NCBI GenBank assembly: GCA_963772375.1
Contig: CAVYXG010000001.1
Location: 787,809 to 851,808 of the forward strand
DNA from: an uncultured Actinomycetes bacterium
GTDB taxonomy: Bacteria > Actinomycetota > UBA4738 > JACQTL01
Direction of reading: 5' to 3'
Length of the DNA stretch: 64,000 nt
Part shown: positions 28,678 through 37,777 of the stretch, in pieces
Layout of the letters: each line of letters opens with the position of its first letter
How positions within the stretch are numbered: the stretch's first letter is position 1
Program-made: the position numbers and the translations under genes
Notes under the pieces: generated by a model
What the model was told of the DNA's origin: nothing
What the model saw: only the letters and a program-made list of their open reading frames with translations
Database searches by the model: none

Positions 28678-31332
28678 TCAGGCGCCGAGCGACTCGAGCA
28701 GCGAGATCTGATCGCGGAGGACGCCGGCATCGCGGCCGAGGTCCTCGCGCTTGGCGCGCTCCTTCTCGACGGCCTCGGGAGCGGCGCGCGACAGGAAGCG
28801 GTCGTTCTGCAGCTTGTCCTCGCTGGCGTCGAGCTTCGTCGTGGTCTCCGCGAGACGCTTGCGGCGCAAGGCGATCGCCTGGGTCGGGTCGAACGCCTCG
28901 GGGATCTGGAGCCTGGCCTCCCGGCCCCGCACGGACAGCCGCACGAACCGGCCCTCCGGCTCGGCCTCGCCCATGGCCACGAGCGCGGCGCCGGCCAGTC
29001 GTTCGACGGCCTCCCGGAGCGGGCCGAGCTCCTCGGCCAGCCCGTCCCCGACCACCAGGCGGTATTCCCCCGCGCCGACGATGCCCCGGATCTGGCGGAC
29101 GTTCGCCACCAGGTCCTGGACGAACCCGAACGCCTCCTCCGCCTCGTCGTCCCGATGATCCGCCTGAGCGCCCGGCCACGGCGCCACGACCACCGACTCG
29201 CCCGCGTCGAACCGCTGCCAGATGTCCTCGGCGACGAACGGCATGAACGGGTGCAGCAACCGGAGCGTCCGCTCGAGCACCCACGCCACCACACGAGAGG
29301 CGTCGTGGCGTTCCTCCGGGGAACCGGACGCGCGCCGCGACTTCTCCGCCTCGAGGCCCCAGTCGCAGAACTCCGTCCACGCGAACCGGTAGAGGGCATG
29401 CGCCGCCTCGTCGAAGCGGTACGCGTCCATCGCCGCGTCCACCTCCTCGAGGCAGGCCTGGTGCCGCGACAGCGTCCACCGCTCCGCGAGCGTCCACTCG
29501 GCCCGGTCTGGCAGCTCGGGTGCGCCCTCCCCCGCCCGGTACGAGCCGAACACCTGCCGCGAGGCGTTCCAGACCTTGTTCGCGAAGTTCCTGGCGGCCT
29601 CGATGCCCTCGCGGGACAGCGGGAGGTTCTGCTGCTCCGGGCCGGCCATCCGGGCGAGGGCGAACCGCAGCGCGTCCGCCCCGTAGGCCTCGATCATGTC
29701 GAGGGGGTCGATCACGTTGCCGAGCGACTTCGACATCTTGCGGCCCTGCGCGTCGCGGACGAGGCCGTGGATGAGGACGTTCCGGAACGGGACGTCCCCC
29801 ACCAGGTACATCCCGGACATGATCATCCGGGCCACCCACAGGTAGAGGATCTCGTACCCCGTGACCAGGACGGTCGTGGGGTAGTAGAAGTCCAGGTCGG
29901 GCGTCTCGTCCGGCCACCCCAGCGTCGAGTACGGCCACAGCTGCGACGAGAACCACGTGTCGAGGACGTCGGGATCCTGCTCCAGCCCGGCGCTCCCGCA
30001 CTCCGCGCACGACTCCGGGTCCTCCACGGCGGCGAACTCGTGCCCGTTCGGGCAGTACCAGACCGGGATGCGGTGGCCCCACCACAGCTGCCGGGAGATG
30101 TTCCAGTCGCGGAGGCCGCGCAGCCACTCGAGGTAGGCGTTGCGCCAACGCTCGGGATGGAACGTGATCCTGCCGTCCTCCGCGGCCTCGATCGCCGGGG
30201 CCTTCAGCCAGTCGACCGCGACGAACCACTGCTTGCCGGAGAGCCACGGTTCGATCTCCGAGTGACACCGGTAGCACTGGCCGACCGAGTGCCGGTACGG
30301 CCGTTCCTCGTGCACGATCAGGCCGAGCTCGCGGAGCCGTTCGGTCACGCGCGTCCGGGCCTCGTACCGATCGAGCCCCCGGAACTCCCCGGGCGCAGTG
30401 TCGGCGATGGTCGCGTCGGCGTTCAGGACGTTCCGGCGGAGCAGCCCGGTGCGCTCGGCGATCTCGTAGTCGTTGGGGTCGTGGGCGGGCGTCACCTTGA
30501 CCGCACCGGTTCCGAATGACGGATCGACGGCCTCGTCCGCGACGATGGGGATGTCGCGCCCGTCGAACGGGTGCCGCGCAGTGCGACCGACCAGATCCGC
30601 GTACCGCTGATCGGAGGGGTGCACGGCCACGCCGGTGTCGCCGAGCATGGTCTCCACGCGCGTCGTCGCGACGTCGACGTGGCCGGAGTCGTCGCTCAGG
30701 CGGTACCGGAACGTCACGAGCTCGCCGTCGACGTCCTCGTGCTCGACCTCGGAGTCGCTGAGCGCCGTGCGGTCCCGGGGGCACCAGTTGATGATGCGTT
30801 CGCCCCGGTAGATCAGCCCGTCGTCGTACATCCGGACGAACGCCACCCGCACGGCGTGCGACAGGCCCTCGTCCATCGTGAACCGCAGCCGGTCCCAGTC
30901 GCAGGAGTTCCCCAGCGCCTGCATCTGCCGGACGATGCGGTCGCCGTACCGGTCCTTCCACTGCCAGACCCGGTCGAGGAACGCCTCCCGGCCCATCTCG
31001 CGCCGGTCGAGGCCCTCCTTGGCCAGCTCCCGCTCCACGACCACCTGGGTCGCGATCCCCGCGTGGTCGGTCCCCGGGAGCCACAGCGCCTCCCGTCCCT
31101 GCATGCGGGCGCGGCGGGTGAGCGCGTCCATCAGCGTGTGGCCGAGCGCGTGCCCGACGTGCAGCGCGCCGGTGACGTTCGGCGGGGGCAGCACGATGCA
31201 GAACGGCTGCTTCGCGGGGTCGGGCTCGGAACGGAACAGTCCCCGTTCGAGCCAGGTCGCGTACCACCGGCGCTCGGCGGCGTGCGGGTCGTACTGGGGA
31301 GGCATGTCCGTGCGCTGGTCGGTCGATTCCAT
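28678..31332 (-). CDS. valS: valine--tRNA ligase
   Basis: 884 aa with HIGH motif PPNVTGALHVGH, KMSKS, and a C-terminal coiled coil. Confidence 0.95.
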   Translation of the reverse strand: MESTDQRTDMPPQYDPHAAERRWYATWLERGLFRSEPDPAKQPFCIVLPPPNVTGALHVGHALGHTLMDALTRRARMQGREALWLPGTDHAGIATQVVVERELAKEGLDRREMGREAFLDRVWQWKDRYGDRIVRQMQALGNSCDWDRLRFTMDEGLSHAVRVAFVRMYDDGLIYRGERIINWCPRDRTALSDSEVEHEDVDGELVTFRYRLSDDSGHVDVATTRVETMLGDTGVAVHPSDQRYADLVGRTARHPFDGRDIPIVADEAVDPSFGTGAVKVTPAHDPNDYEIAERTGLLRRNVLNADATIADTAPGEFRGLDRYEARTRVTERLRELGLIVHEERPYRHSVGQCYRCHSEIEPWLSGKQWFVAVDWLKAPAIEAAEDGRITFHPERWRNAYLEWLRGLRDWNISRQLWWGHRIPVWYCPNGHEFAAVEDPESCAECGSAGLEQDPDVLDTWFSSQLWPYSTLGWPDETPDLDFYYPTTVLVTGYEILYLWVARMIMSGMYLVGDVPFRNVLIHGLVRDAQGRKMSKSLGNVIDPLDMIEAYGADALRFALARMAGPEQQNLPLSREGIEAARNFANKVWNASRQVFGSYRAGEGAPELPDRAEWTLAERWTLSRHQACLEEVDAAMDAYRFDEAAHALYRFAWTEFCDWGLEAEKSRRASGSPEERHDASRVVAWVLERTLRLLHPFMPFVAEDIWQRFDAGESVVVAPWPGAQADHRDDEAEEAFGFVQDLVANVRQIRGIVGAGEYRLVVGDGLAEELGPLREAVERLAGAALVAMGEAEPEGRFVRLSVRGREARLQIPEAFDPTQAIALRRKRLAETTTKLDASEDKLQNDRFLSRAAPEAVEKERAKREDLGRDAGVLRDQISLLESLGA

Positions 31333-31565
31333 GGGCTCCGGGTTCTGGGGTCGGCGGAACTGGGTTGAGGCCGCGGCCGGCTACCGGGGCCGGCGCGGCG
31401 CGGCTACGCCGGCGCGTACGGGGAACGAGCGGTCCAGGCGGCGCATGGTCGGGCCATGATATCGAGCCCCGGAGAGGGCCCGCCGTGGCCCCAGCCCGTC
31501 CTCGCCGCTCGACCCGTGGACCGCCGGCGTGTAGGGTCGATCTGCCCGGGAGAGGACGATATCCG

Positions 31566-32495
31566 ATGCGCCGTTTCCTCGTGGTGACGTTCGTCGCGGC
31601 AATCCCGATCCTGCTCGCCGGGCCGGCCCGCGCCGCGCAGTCCCCCGGCCCCCGGGGCAACGTCGTCGTGCTCGACGGCCGGACGGTCATCGCCTCGGAC
31701 GAGATCGTCAACAGCGTGGTCGTGTTCCATGGCCGAACGATCGTGGACGGCTCCGCCCGGGGCAGTGTCGTCGTGTTCGACGGCGCCACCACGATCGGCG
31801 GGGACGTGCACGGGAGCGTGTTCGTGTTCCGGGGACAGGTCGAGGTCACGCCGGGAGCGCACATCGGCGGCGACCTCGTCACGACCGAGGCGCCGACCGT
31901 CGCCAAGGGCGCGACGATCGACGGCCGCATCCGGCACGTTTCGAACATCAACTTCACGGGGTACTCGTGGGCCTTCCACTTCCTCGTGTGGCTGGCCTAC
32001 TCGGTTTCCGTGCTGATCCTGGGGCTGCTGATGGTGGCGCTCCTCCCGGGGCCCATGGACTCCGCCGCGAACGCCGCCCGGACCATGGGCGCCACCGTCG
32101 GGTGGGGCCTGGTGATGCTGATCGGGCTGCCCCTCGCCGCGGCACTCGTGATGCTGACCCTGGTCGGGATCCCGCTGGGCCTGGCCGTGCTGCTGGCGCT
32201 GTGGTTGCTCTTCACCCTCGGGTACACGGTGGGCGAATATGCCCTCGGGCGGCTGCTCATCAAGCCGCCGGGCCGCCGGATGAAGGCGTTCTTCGCCGGG
32301 TGGGGCATCGCGCGCGCCGTGGCCCTCGTCCCGATCCTGGCCGGGCTCGCGTGGACCGTGCTCGCGCTCGCCGGCATGGGCGCGGTCACGGTCGCCGTGT
32401 GGCGGTCCCGGCGCGCGCTCCGGAGCGCAGAGCGGGGATCGCCGGACCCCGCGGTCCCGTTGGTGCCCGCGCCGCCACCGCCGGCCGGCGCCTGA
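31566..32495 (+). CDS. membrane protein with signal peptide, bactofilin-like beta-helical repeat region and C-terminal TM helices
   Basis: MRRFLVVTFVAAIPILLAGPARA signal. Repeats GRTIVDGSARGSVVVFDGATTIGGDVHGSVFVFRGQVEV. Three or more hydrophobic helices follow. Confidence 0.5.
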   Translation: MRRFLVVTFVAAIPILLAGPARAAQSPGPRGNVVVLDGRTVIASDEIVNSVVVFHGRTIVDGSARGSVVVFDGATTIGGDVHGSVFVFRGQVEVTPGAHIGGDLVTTEAPTVAKGATIDGRIRHVSNINFTGYSWAFHFLVWLAYSVSVLILGLLMVALLPGPMDSAANAARTMGATVGWGLVMLIGLPLAAALVMLTLVGIPLGLAVLLALWLLFTLGYTVGEYALGRLLIKPPGRRMKAFFAGWGIARAVALVPILAGLAWTVLALAGMGAVTVAVWRSRRALRSAERGSPDPAVPLVPAPPPPAGA

Positions 32496-32557
32496 GGTGG
32501 CGTTCCCGAAGCCGACCTAGAGGGCCGGCCGAACGGCCGAGGGAGGAGGCCGCCGCC

Positions 32558-34459
32558 ATGGTCGAACTGATCGGGATCCTGATCGTCGTCCTGGCCGTGA
32601 TCGTCGTCCGCCGCCTGCTCGGCATCCGTCGCGGGCGGTGGATCACCACCCTCGTCGCCGTGCTCATCGGCGAGCTCGGCGCCGGTCTCGTCATCAAGGC
32701 CGTCTACGGGAGCCTCTCCGGCGACCGGCGGGCGGGCGTGGCCCTCCTCGCGTGGGCGCTGGTGGTGCTGTTCGCGATGATCGTGGTCGTCCTGGTCGAG
32801 GTGCTGTCCCGGGGCCAGGTCCGCCGCCGGCGCCGCATCCCGCACCCGGTCCAGGGGCTCCGCCGCCTGTACCGACGCACCCGCCGGTACGCCCAGGTCG
32901 CACGGATCGTGATGCGCAGGCGCCTGTACGGCGCGGCCGGCGACCCGGCCGCGGGTCCCCGGCGGCTCCGGGCGGCGTTGGAGGATGCGGGCGGCCTGTT
33001 CGTCAAGCTGGGACAGGCCCTCGCCGACCAGCCGCAACTGGTCGGCCCGGCCGTGGCGGCGGAGCTCGCCGGGCTGCAGGACGAGGCCGTGCCGGCGGAT
33101 CTCGACGCCGCCCGGGCCGTGATCACGGAGGAGCTCGGCCCGTGGGACGAGGTGTTCGCCGAGATGTCGTCCACGGCGCTGGGCGCGGCCTCGATCGCGC
33201 AGACCTACCTGGCACGACTCCACGACGGGCGGGAGGTCGTGGTGAAGGTCCAGCGTCCCGGGGTGGCCGACGCGGTCCAGTGCGACCTCGACATCCTGCG
33301 CCGCCTCGTCGACCGGCTGGACCGCCGCACCACGTGGGCCCCGTCGATGGGCCTCAAGGAGCTGGTCGCGGGGTTCGACGAACGGACCCGCGAGGAGCTC
33401 GACTTCCGGATCGAGGCCGCGAACGCGATCGCCGCGCAGCGCTCCCTCGACCCCAGAGACCCCGTTCGGGTCCCCCGGATCATCGACACGTTCACCACCT
33501 CGCGGGTGATGGTCGAGGAACGGGCCGAGGGTCGCCCGGTGGGATCGCCGGGCATCTTCGAGGGATGGACGCCGGAGCGGCGGGGGGCGCTCGCCGACGG
33601 GTTCCTGACGTTCACCATGCGCCGCATGCTGGCCGGCGAGCCGTTCCACGCGGACCTCCACCCGGGCAACGTGTTCCTGCGGCCGGACGGCCTCCTCGAG
33701 CTCATCGACTTCGGTTCCGTCGGCACCCTCGACCCGTACGAGCGCTCCGGCCTCGTCGACATGCTCATCGGGGTCCAGCGCGAGGATCCCACGCTGCTGC
33801 GCCAGGGGCTGTTCCGCATCGGAACGCCGACCCGCCGGATCGACGAGGACGCGCTCGACCGGGAGCTCGCCCGCCTGCTGTCGTCCGGCAGGCAGCAGGG
33901 TGGGGTGGTCAGCGGACAGCTCTTCGACCAGGTGCTGCTCGTGCTGCGGGACTTCGGGATCCTGCTCCCGAGGTCGACGGCGACGCTGTTCCGCGCGCTG
34001 GTCACCCTGCTCGGAACCCTTCGCGTGATCGCCCCCGGCTACGACATCACGGCAGCCGCCGGCCGAGTCGGGGCCGACCTCTCGAGCGAGGACGGGGCGC
34101 CGGCGAACCTGTCCGACCTGGTGTCGAAGACCGCTCTTAATAACGCGCTGGTCCTGCGCCGGCTGCCGCAGCAGGTCGACGCGCTCGCCCGCAGTCTGCT
34201 CCACGGCGACCTCCGGACGCGGGTGAGCCTGCTCTCCGAGCCCGAGGACGTCCGCGTGGCCAGGGGAATGGTGAACCGGCTGGTCATGGGCATCATCGCC
34301 TCCGCGCTGGCCCTGGCCGCGGCGATCATGCTGTCGGCAGGTTCGGCTCCCATCCTCGGCGCGTTCCGCGTCGTCAATCTCATCGGTGCCGTGCTGCTGT
34401 TCTTCTCGGTGCTCCTGCTGCTGCGGCTGGTGGTGCAGATCCTCCGGGACCGCGAATGA
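32558..34459 (+). CDS. ABC1/UbiB-family atypical protein kinase with N- and C-terminal TM helices
   Basis: ABC1 motifs LGAASIAQTY, VVVKVQRPG, FHADLHPGNVF and IDFG. RBS GGGAGGAGG upstream of ATG 32558. Confidence 0.8.
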   Translation: MVELIGILIVVLAVIVVRRLLGIRRGRWITTLVAVLIGELGAGLVIKAVYGSLSGDRRAGVALLAWALVVLFAMIVVVLVEVLSRGQVRRRRRIPHPVQGLRRLYRRTRRYAQVARIVMRRRLYGAAGDPAAGPRRLRAALEDAGGLFVKLGQALADQPQLVGPAVAAELAGLQDEAVPADLDAARAVITEELGPWDEVFAEMSSTALGAASIAQTYLARLHDGREVVVKVQRPGVADAVQCDLDILRRLVDRLDRRTTWAPSMGLKELVAGFDERTREELDFRIEAANAIAAQRSLDPRDPVRVPRIIDTFTTSRVMVEERAEGRPVGSPGIFEGWTPERRGALADGFLTFTMRRMLAGEPFHADLHPGNVFLRPDGLLELIDFGSVGTLDPYERSGLVDMLIGVQREDPTLLRQGLFRIGTPTRRIDEDALDRELARLLSSGRQQGGVVSGQLFDQVLLVLRDFGILLPRSTATLFRALVTLLGTLRVIAPGYDITAAAGRVGADLSSEDGAPANLSDLVSKTALNNALVLRRLPQQVDALARSLLHGDLRTRVSLLSEPEDVRVARGMVNRLVMGIIASALALAAAIMLSAGSAPILGAFRVVNLIGAVLLFFSVLLLLRLVVQILRDRE

Positions 34460-34480
34460 CGCCCCTGCCCGGAAGGTGAC

Positions 34481-35044
34481 TCAGCCGGGGCAGCGCACTC
34501 CCGCTCCGCACAGGGTGAATCCCTGACGCTGCAGGAGCTTCACCCCGAGAGCCCGCGGGAAGAACTTGATCGCCCCGCTCGCCTCGAGGGCCTGTGTGAA
34601 GGTGGCACCCGGCTGGAACGAGAAGTGGTACGCGATGCACCCGCCGGGGAACGTGTAGAAGCGGTCTGCCGTGTAGTGCGGCGGGAGCGCCTCGGGCCGC
34701 TCGTACCGGGCGGTGCCGGCCTCGTTCGGGTCGACCGGGACCCGGACCGCGCCCCGCGTGTCGCAGGACCGGGCAAGGGTCACCGTCACGGCGCGCAATC
34801 CCGCCCGGTCCGAGTCCAGCCAGAACCGTGACCCACTCGATTCGATCTGTTCCCCTCCGAACGTCCATCCGGCCGGGAACTCGGTGATGCACGGGACGAA
34901 CGTCGCGGAGGGCACCGACTGCGCCATCAGGATCAGGACGCTGCTCTGGTTGCAGGTCGGGGCGTTCGGCGGCCCGGATGACAGGTCCACGCGACACGCA
35001 GTGAGCCCCACCGTCAACATGGCCGCCGCGACGAGCCGTCTCAC
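34481..35044 (-). CDS. hypothetical lipoprotein
   Basis: The GTG start overlaps the stop of the upstream gene (GTGA). Lipobox LTVGLTAC. Four Cys residues, no recognised domain. Confidence 0.45.
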   Translation of the reverse strand: MRRLVAAAMLTVGLTACRVDLSSGPPNAPTCNQSSVLILMAQSVPSATFVPCITEFPAGWTFGGEQIESSGSRFWLDSDRAGLRAVTVTLARSCDTRGAVRVPVDPNEAGTARYERPEALPPHYTADRFYTFPGGCIAYHFSFQPGATFTQALEASGAIKFFPRALGVKLLQRQGFTLCGAGVRCPG

Positions 35045-36771
35045 AGGGCCCCCGACTGGAGGTTCGCGAGGAGCAGGCCCCAGAGGATCAGCGCCCCGAA
35101 CACGACTCCGACGGTCAGCGCCATCCGCTGGAAGCTCCACCGCTGGATCGCGATCGGCTGGCGGGGCGGGGCGAGCTCCCGGTATCGCCGGAGGATGTCG
35201 TTCCCCTCCTTCCGCTGGCGACGCATCATGGAGCGCGACTGGCTCGGGATGGTGACGCTGCGGGTGGCGGCGAACGCCTCCCCGAGCTCATCCGGCGTGA
35301 AGATCTCGATCGCGCGGGCGTACACCAGGTCGGGGTCGGTGCGAAGGCCCAGCACGATCATCATGTTCGCGAGGTCGACGGCCTGCCGCCAGGGCGAGGG
35401 GCGGAGCTCTCCGAACGCCAGGTCGATCAGCACGACCCGGCCGTTCTGCACCATGATGTTCGCCGGCTTCACGTCGCGGTGCGCGACGCCCGCGTCCCAC
35501 ATCCGACGGACGGTGCGCAGGGCGTCGTCCACGATCGCCTCGTCGACCTCGGCGTCGGTGAACTCGACCGACCCCTCGAGGAACTCGGTGACCAGGAGAT
35601 ACTCGGCGTTCGGCGTGATCTCGACGAACCCGTAGGAGCGGGCCCCGGGGAGCCCGGCGTCGTGCACCACCCGGAGCACGTAGTCCTCGTACTGGACCAG
35701 CCGGCGAACCGATGCGTAGGCCTTCTCGTCCTCGAGCGACCCGTACAGGATGGTCCGCCCGAGCTTGTACCAGCGGTCGGCCCGGAGGTGGGTCTTCGCG
35801 TAGAGCTTCCCGAAGATTACCTGGTCGGGGTCACCGGCCACCGTGATCCGCATCGGCGTCGAGCCCCCCGACCCGCGCAGCCCGAACGGCTTGACGTCCA
35901 CGACGTCGAGACCCAGCTGCTCGGACAGCGCCTGGTGGATCGCGGCGCCCCGCGCCCCCCCGAGGTCGAGGTGCGCGGCACGGCCCTTCCGGAATGAGAC
36001 GGGGAACACGGAGTTCGGGAGGAACGTGCGGTAGGCGAGCAGCGGCAGCGCCACCCCCAGGACCACCGCGACCAGATCGTCGAACGGATGGTCGACCGCG
36101 AGGTACCACTTGGAGGCGACCAACAGCGCGATCAGCGCCCACCCCACCCACTTCCCCACCCGCCTCGGCTTCCCGGCCGGAAGCAGCGTGTACAGGACGC
36201 CGAGCAGCGTGATCGCGGCCGCCGCGACCGTGGCCGACGGGAACGAGAACTCGTGCCAGCTCCCGATGATCCGCACCCCGAGCGGCCGGGCGCGGGGCAC
36301 CGTCTGCTGGACGAGGGCGACGAGCCACGTGACGACGAGCACGGTGGAGACGAACACGAACAGATGCCGCCACCGCTTGAACAGGACGAGGGCCACGATC
36401 ACGCCCCACCGAGCGACCCGGTTGGGCCATTCGGCCCCGATCCCCGACAGGAATCTCGCGACGGACGTCAGCCATCCGGTGCGGATCCCCGACAGCCAGA
36501 TCAGGAACCTGTTCTCGCCATGGTCGAACCAGTCCCCGATCGGGACGGTGAACAGCAGCACCACGAATACGATCAGGGCCAGGATGGCGACGGTCCAGAG
36601 CCTCCCGCTCAGCCCGTACTCGCGGGGAAGCGGCGGCGGCTTTCCCGAGGGCCGGCGGCGGCGGCTCGTTCGCCGCAGTCCGGGGACCGCGACCGGGTCC
36701 CGCCACCGCAGGTGGTCGCCGGCCTCGCCCGACTCGTCGGCCGCCTGGGTGCCCGCGTCGACCTCCATCTC
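35041..36771 (-). CDS. membrane protein: PAP2-like transmembrane domain (degenerate motif 2) fused to C-terminal Ser/Thr-kinase-like domain
   Basis: The N-terminal 6-TM region carries PAP2 motif 1 (PRARP) and motif 3 SKWYLAVDHPFDD, but motif 2 is SFPSAT (Gly/His lost). The C-terminal half has ePK-like motifs: FGLRGSGGS, HRDVKPANIMV and IDLAFG. Start taken at MEVDAG, overlapping the upstream stop. Confidence 0.65.
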   Translation of the reverse strand, partial: EMEVDAGTQAADESGEAGDHLRWRDPVAVPGLRRTSRRRRPSGKPPPLPREYGLSGRLWTVAILALIVFVVLLFTVPIGDWFDHGENRFLIWLSGIRTGWLTSVARFLSGIGAEWPNRVARWGVIVALVLFKRWRHLFVFVSTVLVVTWLVALVQQTVPRARPLGVRIIGSWHEFSFPSATVAAAAITLLGVLYTLLPAGKPRRVGKWVGWALIALLVASKWYLAVDHPFDDLVAVVLGVALPLLAYRTFLPNSVFPVSFRKGRAAHLDLGGARGAAIHQALSEQLGLDVVDVKPFGLRGSGGSTPMRITVAGDPDQVIFGKLYAKTHLRADRWYKLGRTILYGSLEDEKAYASVRRLVQYEDYVLRVVHDAGLPGARSYGFVEITPNAEYLLVTEFLEGSVEFTDAEVDEAIVDDALRTVRRMWDAGVAHRDVKPANIMVQNGRVVLIDLAFGELRPSPWRQAVDLANMMIVLGLRTDPDLVYARAIEIFTPDELGEAFAATRSVTIPSQSRSMMRRQRKEGNDILRRYRELAPPRQPIAIQRWSFQRMALTVGVVFGALILWGLLLANLQSGAL

Positions 36772-37693
36772 AACCCATCCCTCGGGACGCAAGCCACCCG
36801 CTCGCCACGGCCGCGGGCGACAGGCCGGCCAGCACGGCCCGGTCGAGCGCGATGAGCTCGGTGGTGGTGAGCGCGGCGCTCACGGCGTCGACGGTCCCGG
36901 CGAGGCGTTCCCCGTACCTGCCCAGCACCGACCGGCTGACGAACGGCGTCACGTTGTCGGAGGGCTCCAGCCCGCGGTCGTCGGTCAGCATCCGGAACCC
37001 GCGCTGGGCGACCTGCGGATCGGTCGTGAACACCAGGGCCACGTCGACGTCCCCGCCGGACAGCGCCGAGACCGTGAGCGGCCCGCTCGCGTCGAGGGGA
37101 ACGAAGCTCTTGAAGTGCAGCCCGTAGACGCTCGTGAGGCCCCGGAGGCAGAGGGGGCGTTCGGGGCACTCGGGCGGACCGCCCAGGACGAGCTTCGACG
37201 CGACCGGCGCCAGGTCGGAGATGGTCCGGAGCCCGTACCGCTCCGCGATCGCCGCCGTCACGGCGAACGCGTTCGCGTTCTGGCCGGGGGCGCTCCGGAG
37301 CGCGGCCGCAGGCGTGCCGGCGAGCGCCCGAACGAGCGAGGCGTGCGTCGCCGCGGGATCGCCCGCGGCGTTCGTCGCCCTGGTCAGGAAGTCGAGCGCC
37401 GACCCCTGGTACTCGGGCACCATCTGGACCAGCCCCCGCATGAGGGCCGGATCGACAAGCTCCCGCGGGCCGAGTCCCAGCTGGAGCTGCACGGGGATGC
37501 CGTTGGCCAGGAGCGCCTGCCCGTAGACCTCGGCCAGCACCTCGGACTCGGGAAAGTCGAACGACCCCACGACCACCGTGCCGGGCGTGACGGAGGGCGG
37601 CGCCGGCCCACCGCCGCTCGTGCACGAGACGAAGCAGAGCGTCGCGACCACGGCCGCGACCCCCCGGGCACGTGTCGGGACCCGCCCCCCCAT
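36770..37693 (-). CDS. glycine betaine/choline-type substrate-binding lipoprotein (OpuAC/ProX-like), orphan
   Basis: Lipobox TLCFVSCTS. The segment VVVGSFDFPESEVLAEVYGQALLANGIPV is typical of the OpuAC fold. No permease or ATPase gene adjacent. Confidence 0.7.
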   Translation of the reverse strand: MGGRVPTRARGVAAVVATLCFVSCTSGGGPAPPSVTPGTVVVGSFDFPESEVLAEVYGQALLANGIPVQLQLGLGPRELVDPALMRGLVQMVPEYQGSALDFLTRATNAAGDPAATHASLVRALAGTPAAALRSAPGQNANAFAVTAAIAERYGLRTISDLAPVASKLVLGGPPECPERPLCLRGLTSVYGLHFKSFVPLDASGPLTVSALSGGDVDVALVFTTDPQVAQRGFRMLTDDRGLEPSDNVTPFVSRSVLGRYGERLAGTVDAVSAALTTTELIALDRAVLAGLSPAAVASGWLASRGMG

Positions 37694-37777
37694 AGCTCGA
37701 CCCTACGCCGACTCAGCCACCCTGGCCAACGGGTACGATGCGCCTCGCCCGTCCGAGCCAGGGGGAGCTGCGCGTCC

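Noticed and set aside
27386-31957. 1523-aa minus-strand ORF spanning folC and valS, and similar giant ORFs at 36110-38482, 31967-34459, 3349-6555, 685-1806 and 10449-13371
   Set aside because: Stop-codon-poor alternative frames of a 70% GC genome. Their translations are Arg/Pro/Gly-rich low-complexity or concatenate unrelated genes. The real genes were delimited inside or opposite them.
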